Notes: generated by a model from the sequence alone, not told the origin. A stretch of DNA of 64,000 nt from an uncultured Candidatus Rokubacteria bacterium (GCA_963771355.1 CAVYTA010000007.1:544001-608000), one strand, 5' to 3'; positions 29,296-40,232 are shown, counted from the first letter of the stretch. Made by a program: numbers and translations.

Positions 29296-29862
29296 CTAGG
29301 CGGGGGTGACCTCGATGGCGGAGATGCGGCGGTAGCTGACCCCGATCTTGTGACTGTCCGCGTCCACGACGAGGAGGCCGTTCTCGGTGATCTGCGAGAG
29401 CGTCCCCACGATGGGCTCGGGGGCGTTCCGAACGGAGATGGCCACTCGGCGCCCGAGATGGGGCCGGGCCTCGGCCTCCCACACCGTGCGGAGCTGCTCC
29501 ACCGCGCCGGCCATCATGTCGGTCTCGCGGATCGGCTCGACCTCGCGGATGGCGCCGAACACCGGCATGTGAAACTCCGCCGCCGGCTCGGTATGCCCGT
29601 GCGGGGCGGCTTCCTGGCGCTCCTGGGCCGCCCGCAGGAGCTCCGCCATCCGGCTCGTCATGGCGCGGTAGAGGTAGTAGCCGATGAGCATCGCCCCCAC
29701 CGCCAGCGACAGGTTGACGAGGACCAGAGTCCGGCCGAGGGCGCCCAGGATGTAGAGGGTGTCGAGGTACAGGAGCATCGGCAGCACCGTCACGAAGGCG
29801 AACACCACCGCCGCCGCGCGCTGGAGCGTGTAGGAACGGGGCCTGGGCTCGGCCGGCTCCAT
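29296..29862 (-). CDS. Hypothetical 2-TM protein with small C-terminal beta domain
   Basis: Two N-terminal hydrophobic helices; fits the gap between neighbours; host-like codon usage. Confidence 0.7.
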   Translation of the reverse strand: MEPAEPRPRSYTLQRAAAVVFAFVTVLPMLLYLDTLYILGALGRTLVLVNLSLAVGAMLIGYYLYRAMTSRMAELLRAAQERQEAAPHGHTEPAAEFHMPVFGAIREVEPIRETDMMAGAVEQLRTVWEAEARPHLGRRVAISVRNAPEPIVGTLSQITENGLLVVDADSHKIGVSYRRISAIEVTPA

Positions 29863-29975
29863 GTCCCGATGCTAACTCCGGGTGTCGAAAGTTCGCACCG
29901 TTTTTGGCCGCGGCCGGCCGGGCGGGTGCCGGAGATACCTCCGGGGGGCATGCTAGTATCCCCCCGGAGGTGCCC

Positions 29976-30770
29976 GTGGGGCTCTCGCGTCGTGAGCTGC
30001 GCGCGCTGCGCGGCTTCGTGTTCGACCTCGATGGCTGTGTGTGGACCGGGGACGTGCTCGTCCCGGGAGCCGCGGAGGTGCTGGCCCTCCTCCGCGAGCA
30101 GGGTCGCGGAGTGTCCTTCCTCACCAACAACTCGGCCGCCCGCTCGGCCACCATGCAGGCCAAGCTCGAGCGGCTGGGCGTCCAGGCCGCGCTCCCCGAG
30201 GTGCTCACGCCGCTCGAGATCCTCGGTGAGGTGATCGACGCGCGCTGGGGGCCCTCCCGCGTGCTCGTCATCGGGACCGAGCTGCTCGGGAGCACGCTGG
30301 CCGAGTCGGGCCATACCCTGGTGCCGGCCGAGCGATTCCACGAGGCCCAAGTGGTGGTCGTGGGTCGTGACCCGGACTTCACCTACGATCGCCTCACCGC
30401 CGCCGCGCGCGCCATCGCCGGCGGGGCCCACTTCCTCACCCCCAACCTCGACCCCCGCCTGCCGCTCGAGAACGGCGATTTCCTGCCCGGGTGCGGCGCG
30501 GTGGTGGAGGCGGTGGCGGCGGCCGCCGGTGTGCGGCCGATCGTGGTGGGCAAGCCCGAGCCGCCGCTCTTCGAGCTGGCGCTCGCGCGGATGGGCGTGA
30601 CCGCGGACACCGCGGCCATGGTGGGCGACAGCGTGGACTCCGACATCCGGGGAGCCCGGCGCGTGGGCATGACCGCCATTCTCTTCGCCCCCGCGGGCGG
30701 GCCGGACGGCGTGGCCCACTTCATGGTCAAGTCCATGGCCCAGCTTCGCCGTCTGCTGGCCGAGCGGTAG
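29976..30770 (+). CDS. HAD-IIA hydrolase (NagD-like)
   Basis: FDLDG, LTNN, GKP, MVGD...SDI. Confidence 0.9.
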   Translation: MGLSRRELRALRGFVFDLDGCVWTGDVLVPGAAEVLALLREQGRGVSFLTNNSAARSATMQAKLERLGVQAALPEVLTPLEILGEVIDARWGPSRVLVIGTELLGSTLAESGHTLVPAERFHEAQVVVVGRDPDFTYDRLTAAARAIAGGAHFLTPNLDPRLPLENGDFLPGCGAVVEAVAAAAGVRPIVVGKPEPPLFELALARMGVTADTAAMVGDSVDSDIRGARRVGMTAILFAPAGGPDGVAHFMVKSMAQLRRLLAER

Positions 30771-31474
30771 TGCCCCGCCTGCGGGTGCTTCTCCACTCGG
30801 GCGGCCCTCTCGGGGCCGAGGGGCGGCGCATCGTCGGCGAGTTCCTCGGTCCCGCCCGCCGCGTCGGCTTCGTCACCGCGGCCAGCCTGCACGACGAGCG
30901 CGTCTACTTCGAGCGCGTGCGAGGGATGCTGGCGCCGCCGCCTCCCGAGGGCGCGGGCCTGGAGCTGGTGCACATCCGCTGGAACGCGCGTCCGCTCCCG
31001 GCGCTGGGGGACGTGGAGGCCGTGTTCATGGGCGGGGGCAATACCTACGCGCTGCTCATGCGCCTGCGCCGCTCGGGGCTGCTGCCCGCGATCCGCCGGC
31101 GCGTGCGCGCGGGCCTGCCCTATGTCGGCGCCAGCGCGGGCTCCAACGTGGCGGGGCCCACCATCCTCACCACCAACGACTGGAACGTGGTGGGTCACCC
31201 GCGCTTCGACGCGCTCGGCCTCGTCGGGTTCAACATCAACCCGCACTACAAGGAAGCCGATCCCCTGATGGCGGCGGGGAGCGAGACCCGCGACGACCGC
31301 ATCCGCGAGTACCACGTGGTCAACCGGAATCCGGTGGTGGGGCTCGAGGAGGGCGCGCTGGTGCGCGTCGAGGGCGGCCGCGCCACCGCGCTGGGCACCG
31401 CGCGCATCAAGCTCTTCCGGCGCGGGTCGGCGCCCGTCTGGTTCGCGCCGGGCGACCGGCTGCCCGTGCGGTAG
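30770..31474 (+). CDS. pepE: Dipeptidase E (peptidase S51)
   Basis: GGGNTY, GASAG, INPHY, GSETRDDRI.EY. Confidence 0.88.
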   Translation: MPRLRVLLHSGGPLGAEGRRIVGEFLGPARRVGFVTAASLHDERVYFERVRGMLAPPPPEGAGLELVHIRWNARPLPALGDVEAVFMGGGNTYALLMRLRRSGLLPAIRRRVRAGLPYVGASAGSNVAGPTILTTNDWNVVGHPRFDALGLVGFNINPHYKEADPLMAAGSETRDDRIREYHVVNRNPVVGLEEGALVRVEGGRATALGTARIKLFRRGSAPVWFAPGDRLPVR

Positions 31475-31516
31475 AGGCGGCCCGCCGCCCGCCGAAGGGC
31501 GCCGACTGATCGGAGG

Positions 31517-32275
31517 TCAGCCGGCCTTCTTCCCGACGCGGCGGTGGGGCGAGCCCGGCTGCTTCTTCTTCCGGTAGCGCAGGTTGAGGAGCTCGACGAA
31601 GAGGGAGAAGGCCATCGCGACGTAGATGTAGCCCTTCTCCACGTGGGTGCCCATGCCCTCCGCCACCAGCATCACCCCGATGAGCAGCAGGAAGGCCAGG
31701 GCGAGGATCTTCACGCTCGGGTGACGCTCCACGAAGCCGCCGATGGGGGCCGCGGAGACCAGCATCACCAGCATGGCCAGCACCATGGCGATGACCATGA
31801 TGGGGATGTGGTCGGCCATGCCGACGGCGGTGATGACCGAGTCCAGCGAGAAGACGATGTCGAGCATCAGGATCTGGACGAGCACCCAGAGAAACTTGCC
31901 CCGGGAGCCGCCGGCGGCGGGCGCCGCCGGATGGTCGGCCTCGATCTTGTCGAAGATCTCCCAGGTGGACTTGGCGATGAGGAAGAAGCCGCCGCCGAGC
32001 AGGATGAGATCACGACCGGAGACGGCATGGCTCAGCACCGAGAACAGGGGAGCGGTGAGCCCCATGATCCAGGAGATCATGAGGAGAAGTCCGATCCGGA
32101 TGACGAGGGCCAGGGTGAGGCCGATGCGGCGGCCGAGCGTCTGCTGAGAAGCGGGGAGGCGCCCGACGAGGATGGCGATGAAGACGACGTTGTCGATCCC
32201 GAGGACGATCTCCATCGCGGTCAGGGTGACCAGCGAGACGATCGCGTCGCCGGAGAGGAGGACGCTCCAGTCCAT
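31517..32275 (-). CDS. TerC-family membrane protein
   Basis: EIVLGIDN, DIVFSLDSVITAVG, KGYIY. Confidence 0.92.
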   Translation of the reverse strand: MDWSVLLSGDAIVSLVTLTAMEIVLGIDNVVFIAILVGRLPASQQTLGRRIGLTLALVIRIGLLLMISWIMGLTAPLFSVLSHAVSGRDLILLGGGFFLIAKSTWEIFDKIEADHPAAPAAGGSRGKFLWVLVQILMLDIVFSLDSVITAVGMADHIPIMVIAMVLAMLVMLVSAAPIGGFVERHPSVKILALAFLLLIGVMLVAEGMGTHVEKGYIYVAMAFSLFVELLNLRYRKKKQPGSPHRRVGKKAG

Positions 32276-32280
32276 GCCGG

Positions 32281-33219
32281 CTAGACCTTCGGGAGGACGT
32301 CGCGCGCGAAGAGCTCGAGGGCGCCGATGTCGTCCTGGTCGAGCATCTGCAGCAGCACGCGCTGCATGCCTACCCCATCCCAGCGCTGGAGGTCCTCGAC
32401 CACCTGAGTGGGCGTGCCGGCGAGGAAGCCGGCCGCGCGCCAGGCGGCCTCGCCGTCGGGCAGGGCGGGGAAGACGGCGCGCGCGTTCGCCACGCGCCGG
32501 GCCACCTCCGCCGCGTCGCGGCCGATGGCCAGTGGGACCATCAGCGAGCGGGCGATGGTGTCGGGATCGCGCTTCACCGCCCGGCAGTGCTCGGCCAGCA
32601 CCTGGCGCTTGGCGCGATAGCCTTCCACGTCGAGGCGGGTGACGTTCCACTCGTCCGCGAGCTCCGCCACGATGCGCAGGGTGCGCTTCTCGCCGCGCCC
32701 GCCGATGACCACGCGGAGCCGCCCCCGGGGCGGCCGCGGATAGCTCTCCGCCTTCTTGAGCGGGTAGTAGGGCTGATCCAGCGTGACCGGCTCCGGCGCC
32801 TCCAGCGCGCGGATGACGCGCGCGCCGCACTCGAGCCGGTCCAGGCGCTCCTTCAGCGGCGGAAACGGCACGCCGTACATGGTGTGCTCGTGCTCGTTCC
32901 AGCCGGCGCCGATGCCGAGGTCGAAGCGCCCGCCCGCCAGAGTGTCGATGGCCGCGGCCATCTTGGCGAGGATGGCCGGGTGGTAGAAGGTGAGCGGCGA
33001 GACCATGGGGCCGAAGCGGATGCGCCGGGTGCGGGTGGCCAGCGCGGTGAGCGAGACCCAGGTCTCCAGCGACGGCCGCCTGGATTCGCCGCCCAGCCCG
33101 GTGAGGTGGTCGGAGCGGCAGAGGGACTCGTAGCCGAGGTCCTCCGCCGCCTGCGCGAGCCGCCACCAGCGCTCCCAGGTGAGCCCTTCCTGCCCCTCGA
33201 TCATGATGCCGACCCGCAT
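32281..33219 (-). CDS. Luciferase-like monooxygenase (LLM class, probably F420-dependent)
   Basis: EGQEG, RSDH, GRFDLGIGAGW, GGRGEKRTL. Confidence 0.88.
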   Translation of the reverse strand: MRVGIMIEGQEGLTWERWWRLAQAAEDLGYESLCRSDHLTGLGGESRRPSLETWVSLTALATRTRRIRFGPMVSPLTFYHPAILAKMAAAIDTLAGGRFDLGIGAGWNEHEHTMYGVPFPPLKERLDRLECGARVIRALEAPEPVTLDQPYYPLKKAESYPRPPRGRLRVVIGGRGEKRTLRIVAELADEWNVTRLDVEGYRAKRQVLAEHCRAVKRDPDTIARSLMVPLAIGRDAAEVARRVANARAVFPALPDGEAAWRAAGFLAGTPTQVVEDLQRWDGVGMQRVLLQMLDQDDIGALELFARDVLPKV

Positions 33220-33297
33220 GGTGCGCGTCCTCCTCGGGGTGATAACAGTTCTGCCAGCTTACATCGGGTCGGTGCCGGAGGTAGACTCAATGGCGCC

Positions 33298-34555
33298 ATG
33301 GCCGACGCGGGGGCGAAGCGGCTGCTGCTCCTGATCCCCACCCGCACGTACCGCACCGAGGATTTCATGGAGGCGGCCGGCCGCCTCGACGTGGACCTGG
33401 TGGTGGCCTCCGAGCAGCCGAACGTGATGGCGGGGGAATTCCCCGACCATCTCCTCACCCTGCCCTTCGATGATCCCGCCGCGGCGGCCCGCGCCATCGC
33501 CGAGTACGCCCGCGATGCGGCCCATTCACGCGGTGGTGCCGGTGGATGACGGCACCACGCTGGTGGGGGCGGCCATCGCCGAGCGCCTCGGCCTCCGCTG
33601 CAATTCCACCGGCGCGGTGGCGACCGCGCGCAACAAGCTGCGGCTCCGCGAGCGGCTGGCCGCGGCGGGTGTGCCCGGCCCGGCCTTCACCGCCTTCGGG
33701 GTGACCGAGGACGCGCGCGCGGCGGCCCAACGGGTCCGCTATCCCTGCGTGCTCAAGCCCCTCGTGCTCTCGGCGAGCCGCGGGGTGATCCGAGCGGACG
33801 ACGCGCCCGGCTTCGTGACGGCCTTCGCACGCGTGGCGGCGCTCCTGGCCGACCCCGAGGTGCGCGCACTGGGCGAGGGGACCGACCAGATCCTGGTGGA
33901 AGACTTCGTCCCCGGCGCCGAGGTGGCCCTGGAGGGCCTGCTCACGGAGGGCGCTCTCACCGTGCTCGCGCTCTTCGACAAGCCCGACCCCCTCGACGGG
34001 CCGTTCTTCGAGGAGACCATCTACGTGACGCCGTCGCGCCTGCCCGAGGCGACCCAGCGGGCCATCGCGGAGGTCACCGCGCGCGCGGCCCGCGCGCTCG
34101 ATCTCACGGATGGCCCCATCCACGCCGAGCTGCGCCTGCCCCCCGCGGCCGCCGGGCCGGCGCCGGTCGTGATCGAGCTGGCCGCGCGCTCCATCGGCGG
34201 ACTCTGCTCCCGCACCCTGCGCTTCGGCACCGGGCTCACGCTGGAAGACATCATCCTCCGCCGCGCCCTGGATCTGCCCATCGCGTCGCTGGAACGGGAG
34301 CGGGCCGCCGCGGGGGTGATGATGATCCCCATCCCGCGTGCCGGCGTGCTGGACAAGGTGAGGGGGGTCGAGGCGGCCGGCGCGCTGCCGCACGTGGAGG
34401 ACGTGACCATCAGCGCGCATCCCGGCGAGACGCTGGTGCCGCTGCCCGAGGGCCACCGCTATCTCGGCTTCATCTTCGCGCGCGCGGCGACGCCGGCGGG
34501 GGCGGAGCAGGCGCTCCGCGCGGCCCATGCCGCGCTCGCCTTCGACATCCACTGA
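33298..34555 (+). CDS. ATP-grasp domain protein, frame break at ~33511
   Basis: RNKLRLRERL, YPCVLKP...SASRGV, VEDFVPG.E, HAELR, IELAAR; N-terminus lies in ORF 33201 frame. Confidence 0.85.
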
Positions 34556-34566
34556 GGAGGCCCGTC

Positions 34567-36552
34567 ATGCGTGGCATGCGCCCGGACGATCTCACCCGCA
34601 TCCGCTTCGTGTCCGATCCGCGGATCTCGCCCGACGGCCGTCGCGTGGCGTTCGTGGTGACCACGCTCTCCGAGGAGAAGGACGAGTACCTGTCGAATAT
34701 CTGGTTGGTAGAGTCGGAGGGCGGCGCGCCCCGTCGCTTCACCGCCGGCCCCGGCCGCGATACCGCGCCGCGCTGGTCGCCCGACGGCTCCCGCCTGGCC
34801 TTCATCTCCGAGCGCGAGCGTGGCAAGAAGGGCCAGCTCCTCGTCATGCCCGCCGACGGCGGCGAGCCCACCGCCCTCACCGAGCTCAAGAACGGGGTCA
34901 GCGGAGCGGAGTGGTCGCCGGACGGGACCCGGCTGGCCTTCGTGTCCAAGGTGGGCGGCTGGGAGGAGCCCGAGAGCGAGGACGAGCGGCGGAAGTCCAA
35001 GCCCGCGCGGATCATCACCACGCTCAAGTACCGGTTCAACGGCGAGGGCTGGATCCACGACCGGCGCCCGCATGTGTTCACGGTGTCGGCGGCGGGCGGG
35101 GCCCCGCCCGTCCAGCTCACCGACGGCGACTGGGGGGATGCCCAGCCCGCCTGGTCGCCCGACGGGCGCTGGATCGCGTTCGCCTCCGCCCGCCATGACG
35201 ACCGCGACCTGGACGACGCGTCCGACATCTGGATCGTGGCGGCGGCGGGCGGGGGGCCGCGGCGAATCACCGACACGCTCGGGCCCGCCATGTTTCCCGC
35301 GTTCTCGCCGGACGGGCACACCCTCGCCTATCTCGGCCGGCGCCACCGCGCGGAGTTCGGCCGGAACTGGCGCATCCTTACGGTGCCCGTGGAGGGCGGC
35401 ACCCCGCAGAGCCTCACCGACGCGCTCGACCGCTCCGGCGCCGCGCTGGAGCGGCCGCCGCTCTGGTCGCCCGACGGGAACTGGATCACCTTCGGCGTGG
35501 AGGATCACGGCACGCTGGTGCTCTACCGCGTGCGCCGCGACGGGGATGGCGCGCCCGCGGGGCCCCCGGCCGCCATCGTCACCGGGGATCGCGTGGTGAA
35601 CGGCGTCTCGCTCTCCGCCGACGGGCAACGTCTCGCCTTCACCGCCACCGACGCGGTCACGCCCACGGAAGTGTTCACCTGCGGCCCGGATGGGAGCGGC
35701 GAGCGGCGGCTCACCGACGAGAACCGAGCGTGGCGGGCGTCGGTGACCCTCGCCGCGCCCGAGCGCTTCGCCTTCGAGCGGGCGGGCTTCACCGTGGAGG
35801 GCTGGATGATGAGGCCGGTCGGCTTCACCGCGGGCCGGCAGTATCCCGCGCTGCTCAGCATCCACGGAGGCCCGCACGCGCAGTACGGCGTGGGCTTCTT
35901 CGACGAGTTCCAGGTCTACGCCGCCGCGGGCTTCGGGGTGATCTTCCTCAACCCGCGCGGGAGCCAGGGATACGGCGAGGCCTTCACGCGCGCGGTGGTG
36001 GGCGACTGGGGCGGGGGCGACTACGCGGACGTGATGGCGGGGCTCGACGAGGCCCTGCGGCGGGCGCCGTGGATCGATCCCGAGCGCCTGGGGGTGCTGG
36101 GCGGGAGCTACGGCGGCTTCCTCACCTCGTGGACGGTGGGCCACACCGACCGCTTCAAGGCCGCCTGCTCCGAGCGCGCGGTCAACTGCCACACGAGCAT
36201 GTTCGGCACCAGTGACATCGGGCACATCTTCAACGTGTCCGAGGTGGGCGGGCTGCCGTGGGAGGCGCCCGAGGTGTACCGGGAGCGCTCGCCGCTCACC
36301 TACGCCAAGAACGTGACCACGCCGCTCCTCATCGTTCACTCGGAAGAAGATTTTCGTTGCCCGATCGAGCAGGGCGAGCAGCTCTTCGTCGCGCTCAAGA
36401 AGCAGGGCAAGGAGGCGGTCTTCGTCCGGTTCCCCGACGAGAACCACGAGCTCTCCCGCTCGGGCAAGCCGCGCCACCGGCTCGAGCGCTTCCGCATCAT
36501 CCTCGACTGGTTCACCAAGCGACTGGCGCCGGAGGCCCCGCATGGCGGGTGA
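34567..36552 (+). CDS. S9-family peptidase (acylaminoacyl peptidase-like)
   Basis: WSPDG propeller repeats, HGGP, GGSYGG, D and H triad residues. Confidence 0.93.
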   Translation: MRGMRPDDLTRIRFVSDPRISPDGRRVAFVVTTLSEEKDEYLSNIWLVESEGGAPRRFTAGPGRDTAPRWSPDGSRLAFISERERGKKGQLLVMPADGGEPTALTELKNGVSGAEWSPDGTRLAFVSKVGGWEEPESEDERRKSKPARIITTLKYRFNGEGWIHDRRPHVFTVSAAGGAPPVQLTDGDWGDAQPAWSPDGRWIAFASARHDDRDLDDASDIWIVAAAGGGPRRITDTLGPAMFPAFSPDGHTLAYLGRRHRAEFGRNWRILTVPVEGGTPQSLTDALDRSGAALERPPLWSPDGNWITFGVEDHGTLVLYRVRRDGDGAPAGPPAAIVTGDRVVNGVSLSADGQRLAFTATDAVTPTEVFTCGPDGSGERRLTDENRAWRASVTLAAPERFAFERAGFTVEGWMMRPVGFTAGRQYPALLSIHGGPHAQYGVGFFDEFQVYAAAGFGVIFLNPRGSQGYGEAFTRAVVGDWGGGDYADVMAGLDEALRRAPWIDPERLGVLGGSYGGFLTSWTVGHTDRFKAACSERAVNCHTSMFGTSDIGHIFNVSEVGGLPWEAPEVYRERSPLTYAKNVTTPLLIVHSEEDFRCPIEQGEQLFVALKKQGKEAVFVRFPDENHELSRSGKPRHRLERFRIILDWFTKRLAPEAPHGG

Positions 36553-37291
36553 GGGCCGGGTCGCGCTGGTGACGGGCGCCCAGCAGGGGATCGGACACGC
36601 CACCGCGCTCGCGCTGGCCCGCGCGGGCCTGGACGTGGCGCTGAACTACCTCGACAACCGCGCCGCCGCCGAGAAGGCGGCGGCGGCGATCCGCGCGCTC
36701 GGCCGGCGCGCCCTGGTGGTGTCCGGCGATGTCTCCCACGCCGCCGACGTCGACGCCATGCTGGGGGCGGTCGCGCGGGGGCTCGGCGTCCCCGACGTCC
36801 TCGTGAACAATGCCGGCATCTATCCGCGCTCGCCCTTCCTCGAGCTCGCCGAGCGCGAGTGGGACGCGGTGCTGGGCGTGAACCTCAAGGGCTCGTTCCT
36901 CTGCGCCCAGGCGGCGGCGCGCGCCATGGTGGCGGCGGGGCGCCGCGGGGTCATCATCAACCTGGCGTCACAGGCCATCCGCGGCGCGCCGCTGGGGGTC
37001 CACTACACCGCCAGCAAGGGCGGCATCGTGGCGATGACGCGCGCGATGGCCCTGGCCCTGGCGCCCCACGGCATCCGGGTCAACGCGGTCGCCCCCGGCC
37101 TCACCGACACCGCCCAGCCCCGCTACGAGCACACCGAGGAGACCATGGCCGAGCTGAGCCGCGCCGTCCCCCTCGGGCACATGGCGGCCCCGGACGACAT
37201 CGCCGACGTGATCGTCTTCCTCGCGTCCGACGCGGCCCGCCACGTCACCGGCCAGACGATCCACGCCAACGGCGGCTCCTTCATGGCATAG
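36542..37291 (+). CDS. SDR-family oxidoreductase
   Basis: TGAQQGIG, NNAG, YTASK, NAVAPG. Confidence 0.92.
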   Translation: MAGEGRVALVTGAQQGIGHATALALARAGLDVALNYLDNRAAAEKAAAAIRALGRRALVVSGDVSHAADVDAMLGAVARGLGVPDVLVNNAGIYPRSPFLELAEREWDAVLGVNLKGSFLCAQAAARAMVAAGRRGVIINLASQAIRGAPLGVHYTASKGGIVAMTRAMALALAPHGIRVNAVAPGLTDTAQPRYEHTEETMAELSRAVPLGHMAAPDDIADVIVFLASDAARHVTGQTIHANGGSFMA

Positions 37292-37407
37292 CCCGCGCAC
37301 CTCCGCTATACTTCGATGTTGCCCGACCGCCAACTCACCCGGATAGTCTATGGGTTATCACCATACGTTTCCGAGAGGACGACCGTGACCGTGTTTCCGA
37401 GCGCGCG

Positions 37408-38466
37408 ATGACGATTCCCACCGAGCCGATTGGCAGCATCCCGAGACCGCCGGAGCTCATCGAGGCCTTCACCCGAAAGGGCCCCGAGGATCCGAGCCTG
37501 GACCCTCTCTACGAGGCCGCCGTGCGGGACACCGTGCGGCGGTTCGAGGCAACGGGGTCGCCCGTCGTCACCGATGGCGAGCAGCGGAAGTACCACAACT
37601 TCTGGACCTATCCCGTGTACGGGATGCCGAACACGATGCCCGACGGCTTCCAGATCCCCTTCGCGGCGGGACATGTCCGGCGCATGCCGCGGCTGACGCA
37701 CGGCCCCTTTCGATTTCGACGCTCCGCGGACAGCTTCCTCGAAGTGGCGCAGCGCTACGCGACGGTTCCGGTGAAGCAGGCGATCATCTCGACGTCCGCG
37801 CTGAGCCTCATGTATCCGGCCGACGGGATCCCGGGCTATTCGCGCGAGCAGTTCATCGACGACCTCCTTCGCGAGCACGAGCTCGAGATCCGCCGGTGCC
37901 TGGAGCGGGGCGCGCATTCGGTGCAGATCGACTTCACCGAAGGCCGCCTCTCGATGAAGGTCGACCCCTCCGGGCACCTCCTCAACAGCTTCATCGACTT
38001 GAACAACCTCGCGCTGTCGCGCTTCTCCGCGGAGGAGCGCCGGCGGATCGGGGTGCACACCTGCCCGGGCGGCGATCGGGATTCCACCCACAGTGCCGAC
38101 GTCGCCTACGAAGAGCTGCTGCCCAGCCTGTTCGAGCTGAAGGCCGGCCGCTTCTATGTCGCGCTGGCGGGCGAGGGGGACCAGGTGCGCGCGCTGAAGA
38201 TCATCCGCGATCATCTGAAAGCGGACCAGCGCGTGTTCGTCGGCGTCATCGCGCCGATACACCCGCGGATCGAGACGCCCGAAGAGGTCCGTGACCGGGT
38301 CCTGGAGGCGGCACAGTACATCCCCCTGGCGCAGCTCGGCACCACCGACGATTGCGGGTTCTCACCCTTCAGCGACGACACGTCGACGTCCCGTGACACG
38401 GCGTTCGCCAAGATCCGGGCGCGGGTGGTCGGTACCGCCCTCGCCGCGAAGGCGCTCGGGCTGTGA
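37408..38466 (+). CDS. Single-barrel cobalamin-independent methionine synthase-like (MetE C-terminal-type) protein, atypical
   Basis: GSIPRP, TDGEQRK, VQID, HTC, ETPEEV, DDCGF. Confidence 0.85.
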   Translation: MTIPTEPIGSIPRPPELIEAFTRKGPEDPSLDPLYEAAVRDTVRRFEATGSPVVTDGEQRKYHNFWTYPVYGMPNTMPDGFQIPFAAGHVRRMPRLTHGPFRFRRSADSFLEVAQRYATVPVKQAIISTSALSLMYPADGIPGYSREQFIDDLLREHELEIRRCLERGAHSVQIDFTEGRLSMKVDPSGHLLNSFIDLNNLALSRFSAEERRRIGVHTCPGGDRDSTHSADVAYEELLPSLFELKAGRFYVALAGEGDQVRALKIIRDHLKADQRVFVGVIAPIHPRIETPEEVRDRVLEAAQYIPLAQLGTTDDCGFSPFSDDTSTSRDTAFAKIRARVVGTALAAKALGL

Positions 38467-40221
38467 TGGTCGAGCACGACGACGAGGATCGGCTCCTGCG
38501 GGCGGTGACGATCCAGAATGCCAATGCCATCCTGGTGGCCCGGCGGCGCGCCGAGCAGGAGCTCCTGCAGGCGAAGGAAGCGCTGGAGCTCAAGACCGGC
38601 GAGCTCGCCCATTCGCTGGCGATGCTGCGCGCGACGCTCGAATCCACCACCGACGGCATCCTGGTGACCGACGAGCGCGGGCACGTCACCGACTTCAACG
38701 AGCGGTACCTCGCGATGTGGCGGCTGCCCCGCGAGCTGGTGGTGTCGGGAGCGCACCGGGAGATCATGGAGGCGATCGCCGCGCAGTTCACCGACGCGCG
38801 GCCGTTCGTCGACCGGGTGGAGGAGATCTACGCGGCCGCGAGCGAGGAGACCTTCGACGTCCTGGAGCTCGCGGACGGCCGGGTGTTCGAGCGATACTCG
38901 CGCGTCCAGATCGTCGACGCCCGCAACGTCGGGCGCGTGTGGAGCTTCCGCGACATCACCCAGAACCGACGGACGGAAGAGGCCTTGCGCGAGGAGACCC
39001 GGGAGCGCCGGCATCTGCTCGAGAGCGAGCGGGCGGCACGGAGCGAGGCGGAGCGCGGAAGCGCGATGAAGGACGAGTTCCTGGCCACGCTCTCCCACGA
39101 GCTGCGCACGCCCCTCAATGCCATCCTCGGGTGGTCGCAGATGCTCCGGCTCTCGACCATGAGCGAGAGCGATCGGCAGCGGGGACTCGAGATCATCGAG
39201 CGCAATACGCGCGTCCAGGCGCAGCTGATCGAGGACCTGCTCGACATGAGCCGGATCACGTCCGGCAAGCTGCGCCTCGATATCCAGGCGATGGCGCCGG
39301 CGGCGGTGGTGGAGGCGGCGCTCGACACGGTGCGCGCGGCGGCCGACGCCAAGGGGATCCGCCTGACCTCGGTGCTGGACCCGGCGGCGGGACCGGTGGT
39401 GGGAGACCCGAATCGCCTCCAGCAGGTGGTCTGGAACCTGCTCTCCAACGCCATCAAGTTCACGGGAAAGAATGGCCGGGTGCAGGTGCGTCTCCAGCGC
39501 GTGAACTCCCACATCGAGATCAGTGTCACCGACACCGGGATCGGCATCGCGCCCGAGTTCTTGCCGTACGTGTTCGAGCGGTTCCGGCAGGCGGACGCCT
39601 CCAGCACCCGCCCGGCGGGCGGACTCGGTCTGGGCCTCGCCATCGTGAAGCAGCTCGTCGAGCTCCATGGGGGCTCGGTGCGGGCGGCGAGCCCGGGACC
39701 GGACCGCGGGGCGACATTCACCGTGGAGCTTCCGCTCCTGGCCGTTCAACGCGACCGCCCCGAGGCGCGCCGGCATCCCACCGCCCAGAGCATCGCCCCT
39801 CTGGAGTTCACGCGGCTGGACCTGGCCGGCATCAAGGTGCTGGTGGTCGACGATGAGGTCGATGCGCGTGACCTGATCGCGCGGGTACTCGCCGAGTGCC
39901 GCGCGGAGGTGTTCACCGCCGGCACCGCCGAGGAGACGCTGGCCGCCATCGAACGAGTCCGGCCGCATGTGCTCGTGAGCGACATCGGCATGCCCACCGT
40001 CGACGGGTACCAGCTGCTCCGGCAGGTCCGGGCGCTCGGCCTCGCGCGGGGCGGCGGCGTGCCGGCGATCGCGCTCACCGCCTTCGCCCGCTCGGAGGAC
40101 CGGACCCGCGCGCTGCACGCGGGGTTCGTCGTCCACGTCTCGAAGCCGGTGGAGCCCGCGGAGCTGATGGCCGCGGTGGCGAGCGTGGTGGGGCGGACGG
40201 GCGAGCCCGTGCCGCGCGTGA
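38466..40221 (+). CDS. Cytoplasmic hybrid histidine kinase (PAS-HisKA-HATPase-REC); real stop probably obscured by an indel
   Basis: SHELRTPL, NAIKF, DTGIGI, GGLGLG, SDIGMP; ORF track runs to 40796 antisense to the next gene, while TGA 40219 is in the +1 frame. Confidence 0.88.
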
Positions 40222-40232
40222 GGGTGGACCCC

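Noticed and set aside
31517..32275. Tellurite-resistance or defence island
   Set aside because: Lone TerC without other ter genes; a common housekeeping membrane protein
37329..37355. UAS-like tcacccggatag upstream of the metE-like gene
   Set aside because: Weak match and no GG-N10-GC promoter found downstream
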